Shown: piece after piece, positions 54,721 to 64,000 of the stretch
How the letters are laid out: the number at the start of each line of letters is the position of its first letter
How positions within the stretch are numbered: position 1 is the stretch's first letter
Assembly: GCA_049646645.1 (NCBI GenBank)
Contig: JBARWF010000129.1
Span: forward strand, 318 to 64,317
Length of the DNA: 64,000 nucleotides
Reading direction: 5' to 3'
Origin: Thermomicrobiales bacterium
GTDB lineage: Bacteria > Chloroflexota > Chloroflexia > Thermomicrobiales > UBA6265
Position numbers and translations under genes: made by a program
The notes under the pieces: model-generated
What the model saw: only the letters and a program-made list of their open reading frames with translations
What the model was told of the DNA's origin: nothing
Database searches by the model: none

Positions 54721-57000
54721 TCAGTCCCCGGCCTTGGCCAATTCGCTAACCACCGTGCTGCAGACCGGACACTTCAATTGATTGTTCCGGCCGAACTCGA
54801 CCATGTACGGCGAATCGCCGTTCGGGCATGGCTGGTTGACCGGCTTGTTCCACGAGACGAAGTCGCACTCGGGATAGCGCTCGCATCCGTAGAACTTGCG
54901 CCCCTTCTTCGAGCGCCGCTCCACGACCTCGCCCTGATGGCATTGCGGGCACTCGACACCGATCCGGGTCAGCAGCGGGCGCGCATTCCGGCATTCCGGG
55001 AAGCCGCTGCAGGCGATGAACTTGCCGAAGCGCCCGAGCTTGATCACCATCGGGCGACCGCACTGCTCGCATATCTCGTCCGTCGGCTCGTCCCGGATCT
55101 GGACCTTCTCCATCGTCTTCTCGGCGTTCTTGAGCGTCGTCTCGAACGGACCGTGGAAGTCGCGCAGGGTCGGCACCCAGGAGCGCTCTCCCGCCTCGAT
55201 CTCGTCCAGCTCTCCTTCCAGCTGTGAGGTGAAGCCGATATCGAAGATGTTTGGAAAGTGCTCGACCAGCAGATCGTTCACGACGAACCCGAGCTCGGTC
55301 GGAACGAGCTTGCGCTCCTCGACAGCAACGTAATTGCGCGCCTGCAAGGTAGCGACCGTCGACGGATAAGTGCTCGGCCGGCCGATGCCCTGCTCCTCCA
55401 TCGCCTTCACCAGCGTCGCCTGGGTGTAGCGCGGAGGCGGCTGCGTGAAGTGCTGCTCGGGAGAGAGCTTGACCAGGTTCAGCGACTCTCCAACTTCGAC
55501 CGCTGGCAACGCACCGCGATCGAGCTCATCCGTATCGCCCTCGTCGCGTCCCTGCTGATAGACTGCCATCCATCCCTGGAACTTCACGATCGAACCAGTC
55601 GCGCGGAAAGTAAAGGGCCGCTTGCCCGCGTCGATCTCGGCCTGCGGTCCGGCTGCGATGTCGACGCGCGTGTTGTCCAGCAATGCATCGGCCATCTGGC
55701 TCGCCATGAACCGTTGCCAGATCAACTGGTAGAGCTTGAACTGGGGCGCACTGAGCACGCCCTTCACCATCTCTGGCGTACGGGCGGCGCTCGTCGGGCG
55801 GATGGCCTCGTGCGCTTCCTGCGCTCCCTTGGATTTCTTCGTGTAGATCGGCGGGCGCGCCGGCACGAATTCGTCACCGAAGCGCGAGGCAATCACGCTC
55901 CTTGTCGCCTGCTGGGCGCTGACGGCAACGTTGGTGGAGTCTGTACGCATGTACGTGATCAGACCCTGCGTTCCCTCGGCGCCGAGATTCACGCCTTCAT
56001 AGAGCTCTTGTGCGAGGCGGGTCGTACGGCCGACCGCCATTCCCAGCTTGCGGGACGCCTCCTGCAGCATCGTGCTGGTCGTGAACGGGGCCTGTGGCCG
56101 CCGCCGCGTCTCACGGCGCACGACGTCGGCGACCTTCCACGACGCGCCGTCGAGCGCCTTGACGACCTCCTGGGTCTCCTCGCCGGTGCTCAACTCCGCC
56201 TTCTTGCCATTGATCTGATGCAGGTTGGAGTGCAGGATCGCCTTCGCATCGGTCAACTTCGCGAGGTCGGCATCGAGTGACCAGTATTCGACCGGGATGA
56301 ACTGCTCGATCTCGCGCTCGCGCTCGGCCACAATGCGGAGCGCGGCGCTCTGCACGCGACCGGCAGAGAGGCCCCGCTTGACCTTCTTCCAGAGTAGCGG
56401 GCTCACGCCATACCCGACGAGGCGGTCGAGGATGCGGCGCGCCTGGTAGGCGTTCACGAGGTCCATGTCGATATCGCGGGGGTTCTCGATCGCGTACTTG
56501 ACGGCCTCGGGCGTGATCTCGCGGAAGACCACCCGGTGAACCGGCTTGTCCTCGGCATCCGTCGCGTGCATCAAGTGCCAAGCGATCGCCTCGCCCTCGC
56601 GGTCGGGGTCGGTCGCGAGGAAGATCTCCTTCGCGCCCGAGACACTCTCCTTCAGCTCCTTGACCACCTTGCTCTTGTCGCGCGGGATCAGGTACTTGGG
56701 ATGGAAATCGGCATCGACGTCGACGCCCAGCGTGCTCTTGGGCAGATCGCGGATGTGCCCCATCGAGGCCTTGACCGTATAGCCGGACCCGAGGTACTGG
56801 CTGATCGAGCGCACCTTGGTCGGGGACTCCACGATCACCAGCTTGCCACGCGGCGCGCGGGCCCGTCCCGTGGACGTCGTCCGCTTCTTCGTGCCGGTCG
56901 TTGTCTTCTTGCTTGTCGTTTTCTTTGCGGTCGCCTTCTTCGTCGTTGAAGACGTCGACCGGACATCGTCCTCGAGCGCGGTCGAAGTGGAAGTAGCCAT
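54721..57000 (-). CDS. topA: DNA topoisomerase I
   Basis: KLVIVESPTK (Toprim), ITYMRTDS (active-site Tyr region), and C-terminal Cys4 zinc ribbons. Confidence 0.95.
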   Translation of the reverse strand: MATSTSTALEDDVRSTSSTTKKATAKKTTSKKTTTGTKKRTTSTGRARAPRGKLVIVESPTKVRSISQYLGSGYTVKASMGHIRDLPKSTLGVDVDADFHPKYLIPRDKSKVVKELKESVSGAKEIFLATDPDREGEAIAWHLMHATDAEDKPVHRVVFREITPEAVKYAIENPRDIDMDLVNAYQARRILDRLVGYGVSPLLWKKVKRGLSAGRVQSAALRIVAEREREIEQFIPVEYWSLDADLAKLTDAKAILHSNLHQINGKKAELSTGEETQEVVKALDGASWKVADVVRRETRRRPQAPFTTSTMLQEASRKLGMAVGRTTRLAQELYEGVNLGAEGTQGLITYMRTDSTNVAVSAQQATRSVIASRFGDEFVPARPPIYTKKSKGAQEAHEAIRPTSAARTPEMVKGVLSAPQFKLYQLIWQRFMASQMADALLDNTRVDIAAGPQAEIDAGKRPFTFRATGSIVKFQGWMAVYQQGRDEGDTDELDRGALPAVEVGESLNLVKLSPEQHFTQPPPRYTQATLVKAMEEQGIGRPSTYPSTVATLQARNYVAVEERKLVPTELGFVVNDLLVEHFPNIFDIGFTSQLEGELDEIEAGERSWVPTLRDFHGPFETTLKNAEKTMEKVQIRDEPTDEICEQCGRPMVIKLGRFGKFIACSGFPECRNARPLLTRIGVECPQCHQGEVVERRSKKGRKFYGCERYPECDFVSWNKPVNQPCPNGDSPYMVEFGRNNQLKCPVCSTVVSELAKAGD

Positions 57001-57246
57001 CTATCTGTATTCCTGTTCCTGAATTGCTGACACGTGGATCATCCGGCGACAGAACAACGCTCGCATGCAAGAAGCGTGCTCCGCAACATCCGTAGGGAGA
57101 GCGGAAGAAGAGAGATGCCGCCCGGAGAGGTTCGCTCTTTATAGCCTATAGACGACGTCAAGGCATACAACATTCAAACTGCATGACCGGTGAACCGGCT
57201 CCACCAAACCGAAAATCGCTTGTGACTCTACCATTAACGTGCAAGC

Positions 57247-58362
57247 TTAACGACCGACACGTACATAATGCTGGGCACCCGCGTTCCGGATCAGCCCCTG
57301 CAACTCCATCGTAATCAGGCAGGACGCCGCCGCTGAGGTCGAGAGGCTGGCGAGCTCGCAAATCTCATCGATGTGCCTGGGTTCGGACGAGAGGACGGCA
57401 AGCACCCGGTGTTCATCCGCGCCCAGTGGCAACGCCTGTTGGACCGCAACCTCTGCCAGCTTGCGATCCAGCTGGAGATCTTCCAGCACATCCTCCGCCG
57501 ACCGCACGAGACGCGCGCCATCCCGCAGCAGTTTGTTGCAGCCGGCACTCTTCTGGGCGCCGACCGGCCCCGGCACGGCAAAGACCTCGCGTCCCTGGTC
57601 GGCCGCGAAATCGACGGTGATCAACGCCCCACTCCGCTCCGGCGCCTCGACCACGATCACGGCCAAGGCCAGACCGGAGATGATCCGGTTCCTGGCCGGG
57701 AAGTTCGGCGCATCGGGCTTGCGATCCGGCGCGTACTCCGACAGGACCGCGCCGCTCCCCATGATGCGTTCGGCGAGATGGCGATGCTCGTACGGATAGA
57801 TCCAGTTGACGCCGCTTCCCAGGACCGCGATCGTGCGGCCACCGGCTTCGAGCGCCGCCGTGTGCGCGATGCCATCGACTCCCCGCGCCAGTCCCGAAAC
57901 GACGGTGATTCCCGCCCGCGCGAGACCAGCGCCTAGCTGTTCGGCCATCGCGCGACCGTACGCCGTGACCTGTCGCGTACCGACGATCGCAACCGCGGTA
58001 TCGTCTTCCGGCACCAGATTGCCACGATAGAACAGCACCGAAGGCGGTGACGGCACCTCGCCCAACAACGCGGGATAGCCCGCATCCCCGAGCGTCACCA
58101 CCTCGATCCCCTGCTTGTCCAAGGATGCCATCAATATGCTTACGTCAAGTTCGCGCCGGGTGGATTCAAGTGCCGTCACCGCACGCTCGGTCAACGCGGC
58201 GCGGAGCCTCCGTCCATCGGCCGTCCAAGCGCGTTCGAGCGAGCCAAAATGATCCTGGAGGCGACGGATACTCGCCGGGCCGACATGGGCGACGTGATGA
58301 AACGCCACCCAGTAGGCTCGTTCCCGATCGCTCTCGGTGCCAGCATCAACTCCACCCGCCAC
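57247..58362 (-). CDS. dprA: DNA-processing protein DprA
   Basis: VAIVGTRQVTAYG, SGLARGVDGIAHTAAL and FPARNRIISGL. Confidence 0.9.
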   Translation of the reverse strand: MAGGVDAGTESDRERAYWVAFHHVAHVGPASIRRLQDHFGSLERAWTADGRRLRAALTERAVTALESTRRELDVSILMASLDKQGIEVVTLGDAGYPALLGEVPSPPSVLFYRGNLVPEDDTAVAIVGTRQVTAYGRAMAEQLGAGLARAGITVVSGLARGVDGIAHTAALEAGGRTIAVLGSGVNWIYPYEHRHLAERIMGSGAVLSEYAPDRKPDAPNFPARNRIISGLALAVIVVEAPERSGALITVDFAADQGREVFAVPGPVGAQKSAGCNKLLRDGARLVRSAEDVLEDLQLDRKLAEVAVQQALPLGADEHRVLAVLSSEPRHIDEICELASLSTSAAASCLITMELQGLIRNAGAQHYVRVGR

Positions 58363-58519
58363 GTTCCCTCCATTGCGTTCCCGTCGTGCAACGTATTATC
58401 AGAAGTCGACGGCCATTGCACAAGGCCGGATTCCACGTAGAATGCGAAGCCAGACGGCATCATCGGCATTTATTGACAACGGATCGTGGCAGCCACGGAC
58501 CGCTCGGAAAGAGGAAGGC

Positions 58520-59293
58520 ATGAGCGCGAGCAATCCGGTACGCGAGAAACTGGCGGCAGGCGAGACGGTTCTTGGCTGTTTCCTAGGCATCGGTGCGCCC
58601 CAACTTGTCGAAATCATTGGCCTGGCGGGATTCGACTTCGTTTTGATCGACGCGGAACACGGTCCCATCTCGCCGGAAGCCGCCTACCCCATGATCTTGG
58701 CGGCCGAATCCCGCGGGATCGCCCCGTTCGCCCGGGTGGGAGAGCTGGACAAGCAGGTCATGCTCAAGTATCTCGACCTTGGCATCACCGGACTGATGGC
58801 ACCGCAGATTGCCACCGCCGAGCAAGCCGAGATAGCGATTGCCGCCACCCGGTTCGCCAGTCGCGGCAACCGGGGGCTCGCCAATGGCCGCATCTTCGAT
58901 TACGGCCTGCGCAAGCCCGCGGTCGAGATGGCCTCCCACTTGAGCGACCGCGTACTGACGATGATCCAGTTCGAGCATGCCGACACATTGAATCACCTCG
59001 ATGAAATTCTCGAGACACCAGATCTCGACGTCATCTTCGTCGGGCCCAACGATCTCGCGCAATCGCTCGGCATGCCCGGTCAGCCGGGGCATCCGGAGGT
59101 CACCCGGATCGCCGATGAGGTTGTCGCCCGCTGCAAGGCCCGAAATATCAAGACGGGGACGACGGTAAGCGATCCCATCTCGGCGAAGGCGACACTGGAC
59201 CGGGGATTCGACATGCTGGTCGCCAACGGACCATCGATCATGGCGACCGCTACCCGCTCACTGGTCCAGGATATCCGCGCGTTCATTGAGTGA
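58520..59293 (+). CDS. HpcH/HpaI aldolase family protein
   Basis: Start ATG 58520 (MSASNPVREKL). Contains GFDFVLIDAEHGP, DLGITGLMAPQI and IFVGPNDLAQSLG. Confidence 0.8.
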   Translation: MSASNPVREKLAAGETVLGCFLGIGAPQLVEIIGLAGFDFVLIDAEHGPISPEAAYPMILAAESRGIAPFARVGELDKQVMLKYLDLGITGLMAPQIATAEQAEIAIAATRFASRGNRGLANGRIFDYGLRKPAVEMASHLSDRVLTMIQFEHADTLNHLDEILETPDLDVIFVGPNDLAQSLGMPGQPGHPEVTRIADEVVARCKARNIKTGTTVSDPISAKATLDRGFDMLVANGPSIMATATRSLVQDIRAFIE

Positions 59294-59771
59294 TGCAGGA
59301 CAGCACGAACAGGGAGAACGGGGAGCCCGGATCGCGTGCTTCATGCCGCATGCTCGCGTGCAATTCACGGAATCAGCATGTATGATCGGCATATCGGTCA
59401 TGCATCATGCGCACAGTGCGGGCAGCGGTCGCCGAACGTGGTGCCGGAATCGGACCTCGGCACCCGTTGGGCCGTACAATTCGTTTATCATGGTGCTTTC
59501 GGAACACCCGAGAGGAATTGTTTCGGAGGCGTCAGTGTGCTATGGTGCATCGCCAGAAACGCGCCACGATCCAGGCATGTGATGAGCCCGTCGACGTGCT
59601 CACATGAGGGACGATCCTCGACGGGAGTGTTCACGGCGTACGCCCCGGTCCGTCGGCGTCACGGATGACTTCGGGTCAGGAATTCCAGTCTCAAATCGGA
59701 CCGACGAGTCAATCAATCCAGTTGTCCAAGTTGTCCAGCCCAGGAATCATGGCTGGACGAGAGGAGCCAGG

Positions 59772-60929
59772 ATGGCCGCAGAGCCAGTTACCACCACATC
59801 TGCAAAACCCGGAAGCGGGATCGAACGCGGTTCCCCATTGCTGGAAGTCAAGAACCTCCAGACCCAGTTCTTCACACAGGACGGGGTTGTCAAGGCGGTG
59901 GACAACGTCTCTTTCCATGTGATGCCGGGAGAGACCCTCGGTGTTGTGGGCGAGTCTGGCTCGGGCAAGAGCATCACCGGGCTATCCATCATGCGGCTGA
60001 TCCCCAGCCCGCCAGGCAAGATCGTCAACGGCGAGGTGCTGTTCAACGGCAAGGACATCATCAAGATGTCCGACGAGCAGGTCCGGTCGATCCGTGGCAA
60101 CGACATCGCCATGATCTTCCAGGATCCGATGACCTCGTTGAACCCGGTGCTCACTATCAACCGGCAGATCAGCGAGTCGCTTCAGCTCCACATGGGCATG
60201 AACAAGAGCCAGGCCCGGGCGCGAGCGGTCGAGCTGCTGCAGATGGTCGGCATCCCGAATGCCGATGAGCGGGTCGACCAGTATCCGCACCAGTTCTCCG
60301 GCGGTATGCGCCAGCGCGTGATGATCGCGATGGCGCTCTCCTGCAACCCGAAGCTGCTGATCGCCGACGAGCCGACAACGGCCCTCGACGTGACGATCCA
60401 GGCGCAGATCCTCGACCTAATGCGCACGCTGCAGAGCGAGACCGGCGCCGGCGTGATCATGATCACCCACTCGATGGGTGTCGTGGCCGGCATGGCGGAT
60501 CGCGTGCAGGTCATGTACGCCGGCCATATCGTCGAGACAGCGACCACGAACGAGATCTTCGCAAATCCGCGTCACCCGTACACGGTCGGCCTGATGAAGT
60601 CGATCCCGCGACTCGATGCGACGCGCAAGGAGAAGCTGCAGCCGATCCGGGGGCTTCCGCCCGATCTCATCGATCTTCCGGACATGTGCCCCTTCGTGCC
60701 GCGCTGCAATTACGCCCGCGAGAAGTGCGAGCAGAAGAACCCGCCGCTGCTGGAAGTCAGCCCGGGCCATCTCTCGGCCTGCTGGTTCTGGGAAGAGGTC
60801 AGCCGTGACGATGACCAGGACCAGGTAGCGCGCGAGCTCGGACATCCGGAACCGTCCGTCGCTGCCAACGATTACGATCCCAACGCTCCGGATCTCGGTG
60901 TCTCACCGAGCCAGACAGCCACCGAATAA
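59772..60929 (+). CDS. oligopeptide/dipeptide ABC transporter ATP-binding protein (OppD/DppD-like)
   Basis: ATG 59772 with GAGGAG upstream. [24 protein letters not shown], and the Opp-type C-terminal Cys-containing extension. Confidence 0.9.
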   Translation: MAAEPVTTTSAKPGSGIERGSPLLEVKNLQTQFFTQDGVVKAVDNVSFHVMPGETLGVVGESGSGKSITGLSIMRLIPSPPGKIVNGEVLFNGKDIIKMSDEQVRSIRGNDIAMIFQDPMTSLNPVLTINRQISESLQLHMGMNKSQARARAVELLQMVGIPNADERVDQYPHQFSGGMRQRVMIAMALSCNPKLLIADEPTTALDVTIQAQILDLMRTLQSETGAGVIMITHSMGVVAGMADRVQVMYAGHIVETATTNEIFANPRHPYTVGLMKSIPRLDATRKEKLQPIRGLPPDLIDLPDMCPFVPRCNYAREKCEQKNPPLLEVSPGHLSACWFWEEVSRDDDQDQVARELGHPEPSVAANDYDPNAPDLGVSPSQTATE

Positions 60930-60945
60930 GCTGGAGGAATCACGA

Positions 60946-61986
60946 ATGTCTGCTGCTGTCGCTGAAAACACACAGCCGCAACCCGCGACACCAAGCGATG
61001 GTCAGCCGTTGCTCGATGTAAAGAACCTGGTCATGCACTTCCCGCTGACCCAGGGCATCATCTTCCAGCGGAAGGTTGGCGCGGTCCAGGCCGTCGATGG
61101 CGTCTCCTTCTCCGTGAAGCGGGGCGAGACCCTCGGGCTGGTCGGTGAGTCCGGCTGCGGCAAGTCCACCACCGGCCGCGCCATCCTGCAACTCTACAAG
61201 CCGACCTCCGGCGAGGTGAACTTCAACGGCCGCGACCTCACCAAGCTGGATTCCGGCGAGATGCGCCGGATGCGGCGTCACCTGCAGATGGTCTTCCAGG
61301 ATCCGTACGCATCGCTGAATCCGCGCATGACGGTCGGGAACATCGTTTCCGAGCCGATGCAGATCCACAAGCTGGTGCCGAAGAACCAGCGCACCCAGCG
61401 CGTCCAGGAGCTGCTGCAGACCGTCGGCCTGAACCCGTATTTCGCGAACCGCTACCCGCACGAGTTCTCCGGCGGTCAGCGCCAGCGCGTCGGCATCGCC
61501 CGCGCCTTGGCCGCGAACCCGGATTTCATCGTCTGCGACGAGCCGGTCTCGGCGCTCGACGTTTCGATCCAGGCCCAGGTCGTGAACCTGCTGGAGGATC
61601 TCCAGGATCAGTTCGGTCTCACGTATCTCTTCATCGCGCACGACCTCTCGGTTGTGCGCCACATCTCGGACCGCGTGGCCGTGATGTATCTCGGCAAGAT
61701 CGTGGAGCTGGCCGACCGCAACGAGCTCTACGATGATCCGTTGCATCCGTACACGAAGGCGCTGCTCTCGGCCGTGCCGATTCCGGACCCCGTGATCGAG
61801 AAGCGTCGCGAGCGGATCATCCTCACCGGTGATGTGCCAAGCCCGATCAATCCGCCGTCCGGCTGCCACTTCCACACGCGCTGCCCGTACGTGATGGATG
61901 TCTGCAAGAAGGTCGATCCGATCTTCGCCGATCAGGGCAACAATCACTTCGTCGCATGCCACCTCTACCCCGGATCGGGCGCCTAG
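60946..61986 (+). CDS. oligopeptide/dipeptide ABC transporter ATP-binding protein (OppF/DppF-like)
   Basis: ATG 60946 with GGAGG upstream. [28 protein letters not shown] and the C-terminal CHFHTRCP. Confidence 0.9.
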   Translation: MSAAVAENTQPQPATPSDGQPLLDVKNLVMHFPLTQGIIFQRKVGAVQAVDGVSFSVKRGETLGLVGESGCGKSTTGRAILQLYKPTSGEVNFNGRDLTKLDSGEMRRMRRHLQMVFQDPYASLNPRMTVGNIVSEPMQIHKLVPKNQRTQRVQELLQTVGLNPYFANRYPHEFSGGQRQRVGIARALAANPDFIVCDEPVSALDVSIQAQVVNLLEDLQDQFGLTYLFIAHDLSVVRHISDRVAVMYLGKIVELADRNELYDDPLHPYTKALLSAVPIPDPVIEKRRERIILTGDVPSPINPPSGCHFHTRCPYVMDVCKKVDPIFADQGNNHFVACHLYPGSGA

Positions 61987-62205
61987 AGCTGGTTGCAGAC
62001 GAAGTAGAGATACCCGTTCGTAGGGGTCGACACATGGGTCGACCCGCCTGCCCAAAGGTCAGGCATGGTTCCGCAACCGGCTCCCGTGCCGCGCGAGCGG
62101 GTATAGTAGAGGCATCACGGTCGGGAGGCGGGTCGCCGAAAGGGGTGACCCGCCTCTTGCGCGAATGGTGAGCCGAGGGCCATCTCGCCCAGCTTCGGAG
62201 TCCTT

Positions 62206-62877
62206 GTGGGAAGTATCACGCGTTCACCCGAACAGATCATTGCCTTCCTGCTCTCCTTCGTGATCGCGACGACGATTCACGAATGCGCACACGCAGTGAC
62301 CGCGTATCGCCTCGGCGACCCGACGGCGAAGGAGCAGGGCCGGATCACGCTCAACCCGATCATGCATTTCGAGCCGTTCGGATTCTTCGGCATGGTCCTG
62401 ATCTCGCTGGGGTACGGATTCATCGGTTGGGGCAAACCGTGCCCGGTCAACCCGTCGCGCTTCAAATACACCTTTGGCGGCCGACGTCATGTCGGCATGG
62501 CGATCGTTGCCCTCGCCGGCCCGGTCTCGAACATCGCCCAGGCGCTGATCGTCGCCGTCATCTACCGCTTCCTGATCCACAGCAATGTGGCACTCAGCGA
62601 CACGGCAATCACGTTCATCAACGCCTTCCTGATCGTCAACATCCTGCTCGCCGCGTTCAACATGATCCCGATCCCGCCGCTCGACGGACACAAGATCCTG
62701 ATGGGGCTGCTGCCAGCGTTCTGGTATCCGATCCTCGCGCCGCTTGAGCGCTACGGATTCATGCTGCTCTTCCTGCTCTTCTTCATCGGCGGCTCAATCG
62801 GTGGGTCGATTGTGGGCGGCATGATCGATCCCATGCGCGATTCGTTGACGACGCTGGTCAACAACATCCTGGCGTGA
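62206..62877 (+). CDS. site-2 protease (M50) family protein
   Basis: HECAHAVTAY (HExxH) in TM1 and NMIPIPPLDG. Confidence 0.8.
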   Translation: MGSITRSPEQIIAFLLSFVIATTIHECAHAVTAYRLGDPTAKEQGRITLNPIMHFEPFGFFGMVLISLGYGFIGWGKPCPVNPSRFKYTFGGRRHVGMAIVALAGPVSNIAQALIVAVIYRFLIHSNVALSDTAITFINAFLIVNILLAAFNMIPIPPLDGHKILMGLLPAFWYPILAPLERYGFMLLFLLFFIGGSIGGSIVGGMIDPMRDSLTTLVNNILA

Positions 62878-63458
62878 TCCAGGCAACACCGCTTCGCGCC
62901 ATACGTCAGGGCCGGTATCGCATCGCCCAGGCGATCGCCTTCGCCACGCACCGGAGCGCGCCAGATGATGCGTTCGTACCTGCTCGGGGCATGAGGCCGG
63001 GAACGCTGGATGCGCTCCGCCGTCTGCCTCCCGCCGATCAGCACCACCTGCTCGCCGTGCATCGCATGCTGATCGAGCAAGGAGCAAACGAGGACGTTGC
63101 CTTCGCGGGACTCCTGCACGACATCGGGAAGACGTACAACGGACATACGGTGCGGCTCCTTGACCGTGGCCTCAAAGTCATATTCAGCCGGATCGCACCG
63201 GCGTGGATGGCGCGCTTCAAGGGGGAATCACCGCCGCGCTGGGGAACCGGACTCTGGATCGCCTGCAACCACGCCCAACTTGGGGCAACAACCGCGCAGA
63301 AGCTCGGATACAACGAGCGCGTCTGCTGGCTGATCGCCCACCATGAGGATCGCGAGCCGTGTGACCCCGATCTCCTCCTCCTGCAAGCGGCGGACGATTC
63401 CCCGTTGACCGCTCCCTCATCTCGACCATGGACAGCCGGAACGGAGCATCGGCCATGA
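62874..63458 (+). CDS. HD domain-containing protein
   Basis: AGLLHDIGKT and IAHHED. Confidence 0.65.
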   Translation: MIQATPLRAIRQGRYRIAQAIAFATHRSAPDDAFVPARGMRPGTLDALRRLPPADQHHLLAVHRMLIEQGANEDVAFAGLLHDIGKTYNGHTVRLLDRGLKVIFSRIAPAWMARFKGESPPRWGTGLWIACNHAQLGATTAQKLGYNERVCWLIAHHEDREPCDPDLLLLQAADDSPLTAPSSRPWTAGTEHRP

Positions 63459-64000
63459 CGGATGCAACAGACAGCATGACCCTGACGCTGGCGAACTATC
63501 AGCTCCGCCTCCCCGACTTCGAGGGACCGCTCGACGTCCTGCTGCGCCTGATCGAGCGAAGCCAACTCGCGATCGAGGATGTCTCCCTCGTGGCCGTGAC
63601 CGATCAGTTCCTGTCCGTACTCGCCGACATGCGAGAGAGAACGCCGCCCGAGACGATCGCCGAGTTCGCAACCGTCGGCACGCGCCTGACCGTCCTCAAG
63701 AGCCGCTCGCTGCTGCCGCGCCCTCCCAAGCCGGACGAGGACGAGCAGGTGCAGAGTGACCTGACGGCGGAACTGGCGGAGTACAAGCGCATGAAGGAAA
63801 TCGCGCAGCAACTCGGAGCGCGACACGCATCGGGGATATCGCTCTTCACGCCGCCAAGCCGGCTCCAGGTCTCGATCCCGGTCGCGCCCAAAGACGTGCG
63901 CCTGGTGCCGTACGAGGCCAATGTCCTGCTCCGCTCGATCCGCCGCCGGCTGACCGTCGTGCCGAAGCCGGCCCAGATGCTGAGGCAGCGCCGCATCGTG
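63455..64000 (+). CDS. scpA: segregation and condensation protein A (5' part; runs off window)
   Basis: Own translation from ATG 63455: MTDATDSMTLTLANYQLRLPDFEGPLDVLLRLIERSQLAIEDVSLVAVTDQFLS..., open to position 64000. ATGA overlap with the HD gene stop. Confidence 0.8.
   Translation, partial: MTDATDSMTLTLANYQLRLPDFEGPLDVLLRLIERSQLAIEDVSLVAVTDQFLSVLADMRERTPPETIAEFATVGTRLTVLKSRSLLPRPPKPDEDEQVQSDLTAELAEYKRMKEIAQQLGARHASGISLFTPPSRLQVSIPVAPKDVRLVPYEANVLLRSIRRRLTVVPKPAQMLRQRRIV

Noticed and set aside
57138-57161. Sigma-70 promoter for topA (TTGACG ... TATAAA on the minus strand)
   Set aside because: The spacer is only 12 nt, which is incompatible with a functional -35/-10 pair.
62020-62160. Possible riboswitch between oppF and the M50 protease gene (GGGTCGAC duplicates and the hairpin GAGGCGGGTC...GACCCGCCTC)
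   Set aside because: I recognise no known riboswitch consensus. The 10-bp hairpin followed by TTGCG is more simply a terminator for the opp genes.

Overview
A visibly GC-rich, gene-dense bacterial chromosomal segment. GC was not computed, and no homology search was possible, so all calls rest on motifs read from the sequence and the ORF track. I support about 60 CDS, 5 tRNAs, an RNase P RNA, one T-box leader, 2 disrupted genes, several promoters/operators/terminators and a dispersed intergenic repeat family. Most genes are housekeeping: ruvB-queA, leuS, rpsF-ssb-rpsR, hslVU, topA, dprA, ilvE, scpA. Accessory blocks are (i) a frameshifted MmeI-like RM gene with an endonuclease-V-like gene just after a tRNA-rnpB-tRNA cluster, (ii) a CarH/LitR-like regulator next to a carotenoid glycoside-ester type cluster, (iii) a PD-(D/E)xK-motif orphan with a divergent wHTH gene beside an orphan CoxS/CoxM pair, and (iv) a membrane glycosylation-like cluster. 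The most unusual observation is at 29554-30078 (minus strand). The leuS T-box leader (Leu CUC specifier, Stem I, Stem IIA/B pseudoknot, T-box core, antiterminator/terminator) contains a complete canonical tRNA-Ala(GGC) gene where Stem III should be, closed by a 15-bp helix. Copies of a conserved repeat (core CGTCATTTCGAGCG) cluster around this locus, and a translin-like nuclease gene is divergent from it. Other items worth a second look are a short CysRS paralogue with MshC-like architecture, a CarH-like protein lacking both His of the WH/Wx9EH photochemistry motif, and three 1-nt indels in short homopolymers that may be real decay or assembly error. The feature set fits a Chloroflexota/Thermomicrobia-like or related Terrabacteria genome, but that is inference only.
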